NCBI GenBank assembly: GCA_043228905.1
Contig: JBHGNT010000020.1
Span: 13,516,001-13,580,000, forward strand
Reading direction: 5' to 3'
Source: Azolla caroliniana
Taxonomy: Eukaryota > Plantae > Polypodiophyta
DNA: 64,000 nucleotides
Shown: piece after piece, positions 13,930-26,851 of the stretch
How positions within the stretch are numbered: the stretch's first letter is position 1
Layout of the letters: each line of letters starts with the position of its first letter
The notes under the pieces: model-generated
The model's database searches: none
Told to the model about the DNA's origin: nothing
Seen by the model: only the letters and a program-made list of their open reading frames with translations
Position numbers and translations under genes: made by a program

Positions 13930-14925
13930 ATGGCTTCTCTAATTGGTTCACAACAACCACCACAACAAGAACAAGGGGGAAGGCATTCCTCAAATATTGA
14001 AGGGGAGGCACAAATCTCGAACCCCACTTTTTCTTCTCGGAGTCGCGAGGACGAAGTCTTCCTTGACCTCAACAAAGATATTGTTCAGGACTCAAAGTGG
14101 CTAGATCTTAAGCTTGGCGGCAAATTGGATGGTCCTAAGGATGGGGGTGTGGATGGAATTGGCCCCAAAAGTTGCTCTAATGAGGTGGATCAAAATGGGA
14201 AGGATTGCATCAACCTTAGTGAGAATCCAATGGCTTCTTCAAGAACCTTCCCTTGTTTCTTTTGTTCTAGGAAGTTTTATAGCTCACAAGCTCTAGGAGG
14301 CCATCAAAATGCCCACAAGAGGGAGAGATCAACAAGTGGTAAGAAAGCACCCAAGCTTTCTAACAACACATCTCCTCAAAATAACCAAAGATCATCATCT
14401 CTAGAGTTTCTCAACAATCATCATCAATATAATCACAATCCATACCATCCTTACATTAGTGGTGGTGGCTATAGCAATAGTTCAAGTTCACACTTGGCCA
14501 AGTCTAACTTGGGAATTCAAGCACACTCTCTCAAGGCATCTCCTTTATTTAATGGTGACATTGACATCGGTGGTGGTGGTGGGCAAACATTTCAATATGG
14601 CGGATCGGGCCGGATGTTTCACAACGATATGGCGGCATTGGCGGGCCCTATGAGAAAGAATTTCAGCTACCCTTTCAATAATCCCCGCGTGCTAGCGGCT
14701 CCATCTACTCTCGATTCATCCCAACTATTATCGGGCACGAGTATGGGAGCATCAAATTCGGTAGCGAGTTTCATCGAGAAGGGTATTACAAACATGACTT
14801 TGCCCAACAACATGGCTTCCTCTTCATCATCATCTTCTTCTTCTTCTTGGGGTGGTGAATTCATTATAAAAGGAGAGCCATCTCTTCCCTCCTCCATCAT
14901 CATGGACCTCTCTCTTCACCTCTAA
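13930..14925 (+). CDS. Single-finger C2H2 zinc finger protein (QALGGH type, ZFP/SUPERMAN-like C1-1i group) with EAR repression motif
   Basis: Intronless ORF with first ATG at 13930. Contains [28 protein letters not shown]-terminal DLSLHL, and N-terminal LDLN and LDLKL. Confidence 0.93.
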   Translation: MASLIGSQQPPQQEQGGRHSSNIEGEAQISNPTFSSRSREDEVFLDLNKDIVQDSKWLDLKLGGKLDGPKDGGVDGIGPKSCSNEVDQNGKDCINLSENPMASSRTFPCFFCSRKFYSSQALGGHQNAHKRERSTSGKKAPKLSNNTSPQNNQRSSSLEFLNNHHQYNHNPYHPYISGGGYSNSSSSHLAKSNLGIQAHSLKASPLFNGDIDIGGGGGQTFQYGGSGRMFHNDMAALAGPMRKNFSYPFNNPRVLAAPSTLDSSQLLSGTSMGASNSVASFIEKGITNMTLPNNMASSSSSSSSSSWGGEFIIKGEPSLPSSIIMDLSLHL

Positions 14926-15103
14926 CCCTTTACCTTTCCCTCCCCTTCCTCTCATCAATACATATAACCTCATGGATTTACAATTCTCTTCTCTTATATG
15001 TCTACTTTTAGAACTTCCATTACTATACATATTCTAGTATGTGAAAACATTCTAATAGATCACACATGATCCAATTTTTTAAAAATAAACTACCATTCAA
15101 AAA

Positions 15104-15116
15104 TGTGTGTGTGTGT

Positions 15117-15186
<70 letters not shown>
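15104..15186. repeat. Compound microsatellite (TG)n(CT)n(TA)n
   Basis: Direct observation. Confidence 0.95.
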
Positions 15187-15192
<6 letters not shown>

Positions 15193-15834
15193 CTATGTAT
15201 GTACACAAAGCCTCATTCATCACTCCATGAGGTGCACACTCTTTGTCCCTTATGACTTGGGGTAAAATTTGTGTTCTTTTTCTACATGCCCAAACCAAAT
15301 GTTTATAGCACATCTAATCGACCGAACAAACTTCTGCAAATATTGAGAAGCGCTTAATTGTTCTCTCCCTTGCTCTTTGTCACCCTCCCCTTCCCAAATG
15401 CGCACGCACAAACACACACGAATAGCTCGAAAAATCCACTTACTTATTCACGTAATCTTCATGGGTAAGTTGTTGTATCTCTATCTCTTCTCCTTGCTTC
15501 TTTTGGTTTTATGTACATACATAAGGGTTTTGAAAGTCACTACACTTAGTTGTCTTCTCTCCATTTGTTTATGTTCCTCTTTTAGGCTCTCTCCAATACG
15601 CTCTTAAGCCTAGTATTAATCATTATAGATTTGAACTTGCTCCTAAATGCCTAGAGGATTGTTGTCTTTTCTCTCACAATGTCATAAAGCTCCCATGTTC
15701 TTCTTCTAATTCCTTGATAATAATACTTTTCTTAATTCCCATTTTCTTGGTTTTTGGTTTCTCTATAGATTTAGGCTCAAATTTGTTTCTTAAGCATTCG
15801 ATGATTCCTAACATTGTTTGTGCATTGTCAATTT

Positions 15835-18689
15835 TTTTAATTTTTTATCCAAAAATAAAACTACTTCCATTAGTTAAGCAATGTACAAAGGATAATTTAC
15901 AACTCATATCTTACAAGACATCTTGCATGTCGAAGGAAAACAATATGCGTAGATGAAACAACAAAAAAAAACAACTCCAAAGCACCACATCATTCGATGT
16001 GTATAGCATTACTCGAACGCATATTCTCCATGTGAGCCTCATACAAACAAAATTCAACATAGATGTCCTCCATTCACTCCTCATGGCAGCACCCATCTAG
16101 ATGTTAGGTACACTTGGAGGGAACAACCACCATGGTGGTTGATAATTCCACTTCACTTTACCATCCATTATCTGCAGCATCGACGAACCGCTCCATTTCA
16201 GCAAGAAACGAGCTCTAGCTTCTTCACTTGCGTCAGATGGCCCTTGAAGACTTTCAAACTCACCTCGCAACGAAGAAATAAGATCGAACCAAATCATCAT
16301 TAAATTCTCAGCCGGTGGGGTTCGTTTACCTGCGAAAGTCTCCTTGCACCTAGATACCCACACTTGCCAGACCATAAGGCCGACCACTAATACCCATATG
16401 TCCACGCAACGTTCCTATAAGAAGAATAAACCTCCTTGCGCTGGTTGCACAGATCCTTGCATCACCTTTAAAGAAGGACTGTTTCCATTCCACCTTTGAA
16501 ACCACGAGGCCGATTCAATGGCCAACCAAGTGATTGCTGTGTTCGATACATGAACCTCAACCCCGAACCGAGCCAAGATTCTTAAGCTCCTCAACCAAAT
16601 TTCTTGCGCTCGAGGGCAACACCACAAACAATGAGCGATGTCCTCCAAGCTCGCACTACAGGCCTTGCAACCACTCATGCCACCTCTATTCCCAAGCCAC
16701 TCTCCCGTTGGAACAACCCGATGGGTGATTAACCAGAAAAACACTTTGATCCGCTCGGGAAGGGATGAGTTCCATATCCTACTCCTGGTTCTATCCACGA
16801 AGGCTGAATCGATAGCTGCATGGGACCACTTGTTGGCACACTTCTCACGATATGAACCTAACTTCCTCCCCAACCGCATTGAGTATTCAAAGAAACCTAA
16901 TGATTTATCTTGTTCTCCCTTCCACGTATATTCAACGAGATCCCATTCTACGCGCTCGAGAGGCTTGCCTTCAACCACGTACAAGATCCAGTCCTCCTCA
17001 ACCTCTTCAACTGGTGGATTCACCTTCCATTTCTTTCCGGCTCTTGCCACAATTCTAATGGGGTACCAGCCTGCACTGTCATCTAATAATCCCATCTGGA
17101 CAGTCTTCCCATTCTTTCCTAGACCCCTGACATTGATAATTTTTCCGGTATCATCACATTGTCCGGACCATTCACCCTCTTCCTCATTACCAATAGGAAG
17201 CGAGGAGACAACTGTATTGACTACGTCAAGCATCTTTCTGCCATTTCTGACCTTTCCCAAGTCTTCATATAATTGATCACGATTATTGCTGGACAACCGC
17301 ATCCAATCAACCACCGAGTCTATCCCTAGACAATACAATGTAGCCCACGGCATGCGCTTGCTTTGTCCAAGCATCGTTCCTTCTAGCGATTGTACGGTCT
17401 CGTTCCACAATAGGGGTTGGCGCATCCATTTAGCACTAGTACTTGGACGATTCCGACTTAGTTTCCCACGGAGCATACTCCACGCCTGCATCACTGACAT
17501 ACAAGTACGATCAGCTAACTAGTTAGATTTCCTCAACTTTAAGTCCATACAAAAAGGCCATGCTTTGTGTGACTTCCATTGCCCACCCAATCTTGGACTC
17601 CAAACAATGCTCCTATTATGTATCAATGTTTTCCATAACTCGTTACCAGGTAGCAAGCTCCTTACTAATACCTTACATAACAATGCCTGACTTTGCAATC
17701 TAGGGTCAATCAATCCTAAACCCCCCTTACTCTTGGGAAGAACCAACGTAGACCATGATACTTTGGCTGCCGCGTTGTCTTTCCTCATCCCAGCCCAAAG
17801 GAATCCCCTAATACATGCTTTAACATTACGAATAGCTTGCTTGTCAAACATCCACACTGAAACTGCATGCCATAACGTAGACAAGAGCACATGGTTAGCT
17901 ACTATGATCCTGCCAGCCAATGATAAGTTCATCCCTGACCAATTGCGAATTTTGTCACAGATTTTGCTTTGAATTTGTTGCAACTGAATTCCTTTGTCGA
18001 TATCTACCCCAATCCACGTTCCTAGATACCTAGTGGCTTCCCCGTTTGCAATCCATTTGAATTCAACATTTGGCTTCCAAATAGGCTCGGACTCCAAGCT
18101 GATCCAAAAACCCTTGGACTTCTTCCAATTGATGGACACTCCCGATGCCTTGCAAAAGAGCTCAATAGCACTCTGTGCCCTCTCAAGATTCGCTTCATTT
18201 CCTTGGAGGTATAGCATCGTATTGTCCGCGAACTCCGAGTCCAGCAGGGTCTTCCTTGAATTAGGGATCGAAAGACCATGAAGATTTGCCCCTTGACTGT
18301 TAAAAAGGGCAAACATTGCTTCAGTAATAAAGATGAAAAGAAAGGGAGCAAGAGGACAACCCTGCCTGATGGATCGAGTTAGAAAGATTCGAGCTCCTTT
18401 CCTCCCTGCAATCAACACCTTACTCGAGCCATTCCTATATAAGGCTTGGGCAGCACACCTCCACTCCAAAGGTAGCTCAATGACCTTCATCACTTCTTCC
18501 AAGAAAGACCATTGCACTCGATCATAGGCTTTCTCGAAGTCGCATCAGACATGCTAAGTTTTGATTAGTCTCCTTTGCCGTTGCAACAACCTCCCAAAAC
18601 AAAATCACGTTGTCCATAATAGAACGATGCTCCATGAAACCGGTTTGATTGGACTGGATGATATCTCCTAGGAAGGGCTTGATTCTCTA
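15835..18689 (-). mobile_element. 5'-truncated L1-clade LINE (RT, zf-RVT), disrupted by a few stops/frameshifts
   Basis: RT motifs DFEKAYDRV, RQGCPLAP, FADN, YLG and GGLG, plus CKAC...HCLWCC. 14-bp TSD TGCATTGTCAATTT at 15821-15834 and 18690-18703, with an A-rich tail on the minus strand at the left end. Confidence 0.93.
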
Positions 18690-19358
18690 TGCATTGTCAA
18701 TTTATCATGCTTCTTTATCTCCATCATATATTACCACCTATCCTAATTGTTTTTCTCTATTTTCATCCCTTATGAACAACTCTACACAACTTTTAACCTC
18801 CTCAACCAACCATTTGCTAACTCATCATAGTAGCTAAACACATTGTAAGCAAGGTACAATTTTAGTCATCAATAATTATTTGCTAACCAAAATATGGTGA
18901 GCAACATAGAAATTTATTGATCTCAATCAAGCTTTGCATATATAATCCATGCTTATGGTAAACATGTGTAATTTGGGTTTCATTTTGAAATGCTTCATAT
19001 ATTCAAGGCTTCTATTATAAGTCATATTATCCATATTTGGACGTTCCTATTTTGTAACACCTATCAATCCAGAGGATAATGTGGGTGTCAATCAATGGTG
19101 TTCTACTTATAAAATTCACTTACCTTTAGTGTCATGTGACTATTGGCAATATTAAGTCGTCACATATATCAACATGGGAGATAGACTATTATGTATACAA
19201 TGAACCTTCTCTCAATCACAAGGTTCTTGTACTTCAACTAGGTGGCACATTAGTACTTTTATGGTGGAAATTTTAGATGACAAATCAATATTGAACACTA
19301 CCTTCGTGGTTAGAGCACTTTACATGTGATTGTTCTTGGGTTTGAATCTTACGTAAAG

Positions 19359-19488
19359 TACAAGAAATATTTGGTGATACGGAAATAATTAGGGACATAA
19401 AGATACAAGAAATATTTGGTGATGGAGAAATAATTAGAGACATAAGAGATGCAAAAATATGTGATGATAAGAAAATAATTAGGGACAA
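19359..19488. repeat. Degenerate tandem repeat of about 45 bp, about 3 copies
   Basis: CAAGAAATATTTGGTGAT...AAATAATTAGGGACA recurs three times. Confidence 0.7.
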
Positions 19489-20418
19489 TGGACCTTTGAA
19501 CGTATCAAACATTAAGGTATGAAATCTTACAAAAATGTCGCACTCCAATCTCATAGATCACACCTATAATGAAGGTGTGTGGTGTGTGTGTTTTCGTGAG
19601 GAAAGTGGGTTTAAAGTTTGTAACAACACACTAATTGCATTAGGCTAGATAGAAACCTTGAGCTCACAAAAGCAATAACCAAAGTACTTCCTTTGAGTAA
19701 GATGGCCTCTAATCCAAGGTTGTGTTGGATGAAGAATCCTTCAAGAGAAGATATTTAAGATATGTACATATTGGTCATGTGTCCAAGCTTATTTTGTTTT
19801 CTTTGTTTTTTGCATGATTGATTTTCCTCAAATATCCTAGCCATGGATGTTATTTACTGTGCATCTTGATCAAACATAGTCCCACTCATCTAATTATATT
19901 TTAAAATGAATGTTTATGATAATTGAGTCCAATATTTCTCTTTCTGTTCGACTATGTCATCATGGGAAGTAACTCACACCGCATCCATCTACGTCTAACT
20001 TTGTTCCCTTGGATACATTTGTTTTTGTACTTCTTCCAATCATTTTGACCATTTTATTTTCATCATGATATTGAAATGCCAACTAAATCAGTTTGGACAC
20101 TCTTTTCCGCAAACCTCTTGATTATGGCTACACATTACCCAATAAAACTTTATCAACCAAGAATCATACTCTTGTCATGCTTATAGTACGAAATGTCGCT
20201 ACTTCGCTACTAAACAAAGATAAAAAAAAACTCAAGGACAAACTTTTGTCTGTGTACAAAATGAGTATTTTTATGCACATCATGCTTTTCGTAGTTCTAT
20301 TAAACTCCTGTTCAAATTTCAGAAACAAACAAACCATGGCAGAAGCAGGAAATATATTAAACCCATGTATTGCAAGATTATTTGTTATGAAACATTTCAC
20401 TCACATTGTGACCCTAAG

Positions 20419-20886
20419 TAACAATCGGCAACGGTTTGGTTTGAACCGAACTAAACCGCTAAACCGTGGTTTAACAGTTTCAACGGTTCAGTTCGATTCA
20501 GTTCAGGTTTAGGTTTTTATTAACGGTTCGATTCAGTTTCAATAGTCAAAAACCGCGGTTTAACGGTTTTTTATTTTTAAAACAATTTACAAATTTTAAA
20601 AAAATTTAAAAGATTGTTTTTAAACAATCTTTTCAGTTTTAGACCTTATTCTCACATTTTATGACCATCTTAAAAAAATTTAAAAATGAAATATTATAAA
20701 TTTTAAAAAATAAAAAATTTGACCTATGTTGAAAATCGAAACCGAAACCGAACCACGAAACCGCGGTTTTTACAGTTTAATGGTTTAACGGTTTCATGGT
20801 TCGGTTCGGTTTGGTTCAAGTTTCAAAAATTTTAATCGGTTCGGTTTGAACCCTCTAGAACCGAACCGAACTGTTGCCGATTGTTA
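20419..20886. mobile_element. hAT-type MITE
   Basis: TIR TAACAATCGGCAAC(G/A)GTT at both ends, perfect 8-bp TSD ACCCTAAG (20411-20418, 20887-20894), subterminal AACCG/CGGTT repeats. Confidence 0.93.
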
Positions 20887-21535
20887 ACCCTAAGGTGGGT
20901 TTCATAATAAACTAATCCTAATCCATTTATGAGCAGTGATGCATGTTTTGTTCTTGCAAGGGCCATTTATCACATTTGATTATCCTTAGAGAAACAAAAC
21001 ATTTCATACTTTCTTGAATTGGTAATATTAAAGGAATGCCCAAATATGCCGTTTAAACTTAGCTACTCACAAAGACAACTTTTATTCAAAAAATGAATTA
21101 GTCACAAATTCATAAACTTCATACTCAAAATTCACACATAAAATACGCTCTCTTGACATTCTAGATAGAGAAAAACATTAGTATGCAAACAAAAATAGTA
21201 TGTTGTAATGGTTCATAATACACTTATGAACATAGAAAATCCTTCATAATGGGAAATTTTATTAGGGATTGTACCAATTTCCTCTCTATCACTTACTAAG
21301 TGTGTCAATGAGATAATACACTATAAATAATGTTGTGGCATATTCAGAGCAAACTTCCATAATCCCTCAATTCCATTGAACCATGCTTTTGTTTGCAAAA
21401 ATGTTTGACTAAACGTTATTTCACCAATAATGCCATCAATGCCACCTCACAATTACAATCGTAGCAGTGAATCTAGAATATATTTGTTTTATCACAATTG
21501 AATTGAAAGTGTTCAACCTTAAATTGAATGTTGCT

Positions 21536-23320
21536 ATCAAGGAGGATTAGGGATTGTGGATCCATTACAACAATCGAAAGCTTTAATGGCAAAATTGGTG
21601 ATTCGAGGATTATTGCCAGGATCGGAACCTTGGAAACAATTGTTGTTTTATGAATTGCAAAGGTTTTGTCCCAAGACAGGTGGAGATTGGACGCCTAGTG
21701 CTAGATGGGCTTTTATGGAACATAATAAATTGGCTATTGCTACAAGTTGGGAAGATAGATTTGCTCGATGTGTTCTTAAAGCATGGAAAGATATTTCTCG
21801 TGATTTAGTTAAGACATTGCCAAAAACAGAATCTGAATTCTGTAGGCAACCGCTGATTTGGAATTCATGGTTGACTGACCTAAGAGGACAAATGTTGGGA
21901 AAGCGTACTAAATGTGCATGGGCAGAATTAGATCGTGGGCCAGCACAGTCTATAGGTGCATGGATAACTTTTTTGTCTAAATCTATAGATCAACAAATGC
22001 TATTAATTAGTAATATAAGGGGTGGGAAGATAATGTATTCTGCGATCCAGCATGCCCTTGTTAATGTTCAAATGCAAATTGGATATACTACACACAAGTG
22101 GATGGGTTTATTTACTCCATTGGATGTTTTAATTGGAGTGAAAGCCTATATTGGGGAACAAGAATGCATGACTTTTGATGTACAGGATGATGGTAGGTTA
22201 ATCTGTACATCTATGGAACATGATTTGTTTAGTTTTTGTTTACATAAAGAAGTGAGGGTGATTGCAAATGATGGATCAAATTGGGTATTAGACCCGGATC
22301 CTCAAAAGGTGAATTGTTTGTGGAGGATTTGGATTTTGGAAAGGAGATCAATATCTACACTAACTTGGGATCCTGGAGAACTGTATTGGAAGGTGAGGAT
22401 GCAAGATAACATCAAATATGTGCCGTTTTTTCAGTATTCTGTGAGGATTGGTAGGAAAGTATTAGCTGCTAGATCATGGAAAGAACCAACTGCAAATATT
22501 GTTTGGAGACGAAATGACCTTTCTCCACAACATCTTAAACAATTTTGGAAATGGTTATGGGGTATAAAGATGAGTAGGAAAATTGTTGGTTTTCGATGGT
22601 TGTTGGTTCATAATGCTATACCAGTTAATGGGTGGCGAAAAGGAAATGTAGACAAGATGTGTCCTTTTTGTACAGGTGTAATAGAGACTGCTAAACATTG
22701 TTTGTGGAGTTGTGGTTTTGCTATGGATATATGGAAACAAATTATAAAATTGTTAATTCCAATATATCCTAGAGCAGTGTACACATGGGGTGCAGTATTA
22801 TGGGCAGCGGTACATGATAAACCGATGGAATATGAACATGAGGAGGTTGCGGATGCTATTATGGTGAGGCATGGTATGATGGAAAAAATTTTGATCCCTC
22901 CGAATCCACAAATACAAACTGATAAACCTCAAATATGGCAATTGGTAAGCAGTATTACAATTTGGTATATTTGGAAGGCTCGATGTTTGAAGGTATTTCA
23001 AAATATGACTGAAAGACCTGCTCAAATAATCTCCGGAATTTGGATAGAGATTGTACATAATCTTAGAGGGATTTTGGATGGTATAAAAGGTAATACGCAT
23101 CAAGCGGAGCTTAGGCGGGTGGAGTTTCATGCCATTTGGGACATAGGTATATTTTATAGACGGTATTTTGGTAAGGTGGAGTGGTTCTACTCAACACCAA
23201 AGTGTTTATTCAAGCCAATGGTTAGACTTTAGAAAAATATAGGGGATCGGTATAGCTTGTATGTTTAGCCTTATGGCGGTTTTCTAATACTAATGTAGTA
23301 TCTTTTTTTGGAAAAAAAAA
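21536..23320 (+). mobile_element. 5'-truncated L1-clade LINE, 3' part of ORF2 (uninterrupted 558-aa frame with zf-RVT)
   Basis: Begins at GGLGIVDP and contains CPFC...ETAKHCLWSC. Poly(A) at 23312-23323; 15-bp TSD AAATTGAATGTTGCT at 21521-21535 and 23321-23335. Confidence 0.93.
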
Positions 23321-23389
23321 AAATTGAATGTTGCTTAATTTATCTATGTGTGTCTCATTGTCTCTTTGTGTGAAAATGTTTAATTTGGA

Positions 23390-24374
23390 CCCATCGGCCA
23401 TGGTAACTCAAGTATTGCTTTATGGAGTAGAAGTATGGGGTGGCACCATCCCTCTTAATGCATGGAATGAGATTGAGAAAATGCAAACGTTGTTTTTTAA
23501 GGAGGCAATTAGGAGTTAAATGCACTACCTCTTACCAGGTTATGCTCTTGGAAACAAGTGTTCGACCCATAGAAATATTGGCACTCCAAAGAGTACATAA
23601 ATAGATTACAAAAGTCAAGAATATGCCAAATCATCGATTACCACATCTTGCTTGGGATCTTGGATGTAAGCTACAAAAGAATTATAAGAGTAAGATTCTC
23701 TTATCCGGTTGGGTTGTTGACATAAGGAAATGGTTTAGAAGATGGGGTGTGGATGATCTTTTAGAGCTTTCGGCGATGCTATGCATTATGTAATGATTGA
23801 GGAAAGGTTGGTGGAATCATTAAGGATGAAGTGGGAAGATGCTAAGAGGACAAAGCTAGAATACTACATTGCAAATGTCAACCCTGAATGTTGGTCTCAA
23901 TATAAAGCAAGAATGCCTATTGATTGTATCCAACCGTATCTCATTACCAATATGAGTCGTAATGCCCGTAGAGCCCTTACACTACTTCGCACCCGATCTC
24001 ACAAATTAGGTATTGAAGTTGCATCATGGTATCAAAATGTAACGAATTTGAAGACATGTAAAGTATGCAATGAAGGCCTGGTAGAGGATGAATGCCACTT
24101 GCTCTTCACATGTTGGACATATAGTGCAATTCGTTCAAGATATGTTGACATACTAAGAGGGAGTGATAACTTAAGTGCCATACTTAAGACACCACCTAGA
24201 AGGTTGAGCTCATACGTGTATGCTTTATTCACACATAGAGACTTTGTGCTTCAATGTATGAATACCCCTTCTTAGGAAGGAGACACATTTCAAGAACACA
24301 TGTATACTCTGGTCCCATAGGTCAAATTTGGCCTCTTTATGGACAATAAAAATTCTAATTCTAATTCTAATTCT
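23390..24374 (+). mobile_element. 3' fragment of a non-L1 LINE (RTE/RTEX-like)
   Basis: VLLYGVEVWG, LLRTRSHKLGIE and CKVC...EDECHLLFTC motifs. Ends with AATAAA and an (AATTCT)4 tail at 24351-24374. Confidence 0.7.
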
Positions 24375-25329
24375 CTCTAATGTGAGAGGAGACATTGGAG
24401 TATAGGTGGTGAGCCTTGTCAACTTTGCACATTTTGCCCTAAACAAGTTTGCGGTGATGCTCTTTGCCTTTGATCACATTTGATTATATTTCTTTGAACT
24501 TTCCATATATCTTTGACCAAACCCAATCCTTGTAGAAACTTGTCACTTGTGCAGTCTCAATTATGACATTAGACAATGTTGATAAAATCTATCTATTTCT
24601 CATGCTTGATATAATATCTTGGCATCATCGGCTATGTATGAAGATATAAAATGTATGAAATGAAAACCTATATGAAGGATGAATATCACTTATTTCTCAC
24701 ATATTTAGTATATAAGGTATTTCGCAAGAGGAATCACTTGTTAAACCAACATGATAACTTATGCCACTTGTTAAACCAACAACACCATAGTTTGAGGATG
24801 AAGTGAAACAACGTATTAAGCACTCTTATTTGGAGGTAAGAGTGCTTGGTAGGATTAAGTATGAGAATGCATTGAAAGAGGACAAAGTGGATACCACGAG
24901 GTATGATATAAGAAAAATGAAGATTGTAGGCACAAAAAAGTGATGGGTTGGTACATGTAATGACAATGATGTTACAATTTCCCTAGCATGTAAGCTATAA
25001 CTCAAACAAAAAATGTGGAAAACAAAGTTTAAATCAAATGAACAAGAATGAGGATCCAAGAATACTATTATTCTTGGGATCATTGAGGAGAATTCCAAAA
25101 ACCCCACGTTGCTGAAACGTTCTTTAAGACAAAGTATGACATATTCCTACTCAATTTTTATGTTCCACATAGAGTAAAAAAACAAGGTTCCTATGATGCT
25201 TCTCCCTATCCTTGTTCCTACCTTGCAATGTGTACCTCGATTCCACGGACCTTACGGCGCCCTTGCCGTTGTTACCTTGATCACACTCATTAATCTTTTA
25301 ACTCCCGCTGTTACCTTGCAAATGGGGGG

Positions 25330-26851
25330 CGTAGGAAAGTAGATGATATGCTGAAAGAAGCAGGGCACCACATTATTGGCGGAGATAGGGGGATATGTGA
25401 GGAATCAATCATTATGTCAGACAAGGTGGGTTGGATGGAAGAGGAGGATAGGGCTCCTCTCATCAACAAGGCGGCATCTATCTTCACAGTTGAATGCATA
25501 GAGGATTCGAGAGTGTGGGGAGTGCCGGAGGTTTGGAATAACGAGGTCGGGAAGCAAACAGTTGGGGGAGATCATTCCAGCCATGCATTATGGCATGTGA
25601 TGTGTGAGGGGAGGTAACGGGGGCCATCAGGCGGATCGTCACAAGGGTTGGATGGATGGTGTTGTAGAGTTGGAATCCAAGGAGGACATGTTGCAAGTAG
25701 AAAATATTTTGCAGGAATGTGGTTAGGCGCATAATGCATGCCCGCGATGGGGTCATGATAAGGAAATGGACATGAAGGAGAGCTCTAAGTTACTAGAGGT
25801 TTTTTGTCTGAGGATGAAAGCAAAATTTTGAATGTGGAGATTCAAAGATTAAAGAAATGCTCGTTCATTTGTAAGCTACTCGGTGGTAGACACAATAGAG
25901 GTATGGTTTGTGACATGCTACAAGTAGCTCTTATGGATAGGGTTCCACAAATACTAAATGTGCATAATATGGAACGAAATTTCTTCCATGTTGAAGTGAT
26001 CGAGGGGGGGTGATATATCGTGGATTGTGGATATGAAATTTGTAGAGCTCAAATATGGAAGATCTCTTTTGTTGGAGTGGCATGCTAACTTCCATACTAT
26101 GGAGGAAGACAAGAAAAGTGGTAATCCTCGGGTGATTTCTATGATATTCCAAAATCTTCCTTGGGTAGTTATACCCCTTCATGCCGAAGATTGGGGATAA
26201 GATTGGCACAATCTGTTCCTCAAAGACAACGATGGCAGATACAATCAGGGACTACCCTAAGATTAGAGTGCTTGTGCAAAGTTTGTCCAAAAACCCCCCT
26301 ATAATCAAGGTTCATGATGTGGAAGTGGGACTGATAGATGTGGCAATGGAATATGATGGTTTACCTGGCCAATGTTTTTATTGTAAAAAGAAGGGCCATA
26401 TTGCTAAGGAATGCCCTAAGAAGATCAACAATAATGTGACGGTGGGAAAGGACAAATGGCAGGTTGCTAGGCAAGAGAATATAGGGGTGGAAGGTTAGAA
26501 CACCCTCAATGGAGTAGAGAAGGAGAAGGCTAATGCAGACGCTTGGACTCTAGTTTTGGGATGGAAAAATCGATTGCAACAAGAAGGAAACACAACTATG
26601 CCTCATATAAGGTTGAGAAATAACTTTGAGGCATTGTTGGAAGATGAGGATCTGTTAGCGGATCAAAGGACAAATAATTTTGAAGAGGTGGTAGTGTGCA
26701 CACATGATGCCATGCTTGGTAAAAGGGGAAGTATCGAATTGAGAGCGGTGAAAGAGTTGTTACGCATTGGGAGGTGTCAAGAAAGCTCACCAATTAGTTC
26801 CGAAACTTTAAAAAAGTTGCATGAGACAAGACAAGTAACTATAGGGGTAGA
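25330..26851 (+). mobile_element. Degenerate L1-clade LINE ORF1 (DUF4283-like region plus zinc knuckle)
   Basis: Fragments SFICKLLGGR...NFFHVE and EYDGLPGQCFYCKKKGHIAKECPK, typical of plant LINE ORF1. The 5' boundary is approximate. Confidence 0.75.

Noticed and set aside
16534-18527. Plus-strand ORFs up to 212 aa
   Set aside because: Antisense shadows of the LINE ORF2.
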